DNA from: Methanosarcinales archaeon
Lineage (GTDB): Archaea; Halobacteriota; Syntropharchaeia; Alkanophagales; Methanospirareceae
Reading direction: 5' to 3'
NCBI GenBank assembly: GCA_025464325.1
Contig: JAODGH010000039.1
Coordinates: 1 to 60,210, forward strand
Length of the DNA: 60,210 nucleotides
Shown piece after piece: positions 59,359 to 60,210 of the stretch (its first letter is position 1; each line of letters begins with the position of its first letter). Position numbers and translations under genes: made by a program. The notes under the pieces were generated by a model, which searched no databases, had not been told where the DNA came from, and saw only the letters and a program-made list of their open reading frames with translations.

Positions 59359-60165
59359 TTACATGTAACCCAGAGCACGCAACTTCTGCATCATGAACGC
59401 CTTCTCCTTGTCCTGAGCACGACCCGACCTTTCCGCAATCTTTGTCGTCCTCAGCTCTTCCACTATCTCCTCGATCGTACCCGCATTTGATTCTATCGGT
59501 GACGTGCATGGTTCACAACCCAGACTCCGGTACCGTTTACCATTGCTGGCGAGATACATGGGATTCACCGGTACGTTTACCTCCTGCTTTATGTATTCCC
59601 ACACATCCAGTTCACGCCAGTGCAGTATCGGATGAACTCTTGTATGTATGTGATCCTGAAAGCTACTCTGTACCTGATATATGTCCCACATCTCAAGTGG
59701 CTGGTCCTTGTAATTCCATCGGAACGTATCGTCCCGCGGCGAGAATACGCGTTCCTTGGCACGTATTCCGTGCTCGTCCCGCCTTATCGCCAGTATCAGC
59801 GCATCGAATCCGTGCTCCTCAACGCATCTCCGCAATGCTTCCGTTTTAAGCGCGGTACAGCATTCCAGCTTACCCCTCTCCGGGCTCACACCCGCGTTTA
59901 ACGCCTCTTCGTTCCTCGCTATCACCAGGTCGAGATCCCACTCCTCGGCTATCCTGTCCCTGAACTCGTACATCTGCCTGAACTTATAGCCCGTATCTAT
60001 ATGAATCACCGGAAACGGTATTTTACCAAAGAACGCCTTCCGACATAGCCATAAAACCGTGGTACTATCCTTACCCGTGCTCCACAGTACCGCTGGATTA
60101 TCAAATTCGGCGTATGCCTCCCTCAATATATAAATACTCCTATTCTCCAGTTCTCTCAGTCCCAT
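59359..60165 (-). CDS. cysD: Sulfate adenylyltransferase subunit 2
   Basis: STGKDS PP-loop, RRDEHGIRAKER.FS, RYRSLGC, ERSGRAQD, LRALGYM. Confidence 0.93.
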   Translation of the reverse strand: MGLRELENRSIYILREAYAEFDNPAVLWSTGKDSTTVLWLCRKAFFGKIPFPVIHIDTGYKFRQMYEFRDRIAEEWDLDLVIARNEEALNAGVSPERGKLECCTALKTEALRRCVEEHGFDALILAIRRDEHGIRAKERVFSPRDDTFRWNYKDQPLEMWDIYQVQSSFQDHIHTRVHPILHWRELDVWEYIKQEVNVPVNPMYLASNGKRYRSLGCEPCTSPIESNAGTIEEIVEELRTTKIAERSGRAQDKEKAFMMQKLRALGYM

Positions 60166-60210
60166 CTTACACTCTAATCATAGTGTCATTGGAGTATATA
60201 AAGCAGAAGC

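Noticed and set aside
58103..59509. EF-1alpha or SelB call, and the 61-aa N-terminal extension in the ORF track
   Set aside because: Position directly after cysD supports CysN; the extension overlaps cysD in another frame
276..60000. Many overlapping or antisense ORFs in the track (e.g. 276-731, 8829-9605, 16600-17361, 26631-27413, 45405-45995)
   Set aside because: Shadows of well-supported genes on the opposite strand or in another frame, with no motifs
1..60210. CRISPR array, rRNA, intein, provirus
   Set aside because: No regularly spaced repeats, rRNA-like tracts, oversized core proteins or viral hallmark genes were seen by eye

Overview
Gene-dense archaeal chromosome segment. GatDE/GatCAB transamidation genes, Rpo7-Spt4, Taw3, CofG, methanogenesis marker 8, dispersed ACDS subunits and CysDN point to a methane- or alkane-cycling euryarchaeon; an ANME-1/Methanophagales-like lineage is an inference only. 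Most of the window is housekeeping: translation and tRNA modification, Arg/polyamine, pyrimidine, cobalamin and F420 synthesis, Ni/Co and W/Mo uptake, a partial Mrp/Mbh antiporter cluster, and oxidative-stress genes. It carries one tRNA-Arg(UCG). No CRISPR array, rRNA, intein or intact transposase was seen. Features missing from the ORF track are a frameshifted NB-ARC/STAND (NLR-like) ATPase gene running off the left edge, a 50-aa zinc-ribbon gene, three related IS5-family relics and an IS66 relic. Other points of interest are a split phosphorylase-like GT-B gene lacking the PLP lysine motif, a PyrK-PyrD fusion, a cysD-cysN-AlkP-superfamily module, a radical SAM plus Gate-domain pair, and a candidate C/D-box sRNA. 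All family calls come from motifs read by eye; no database searches were run.
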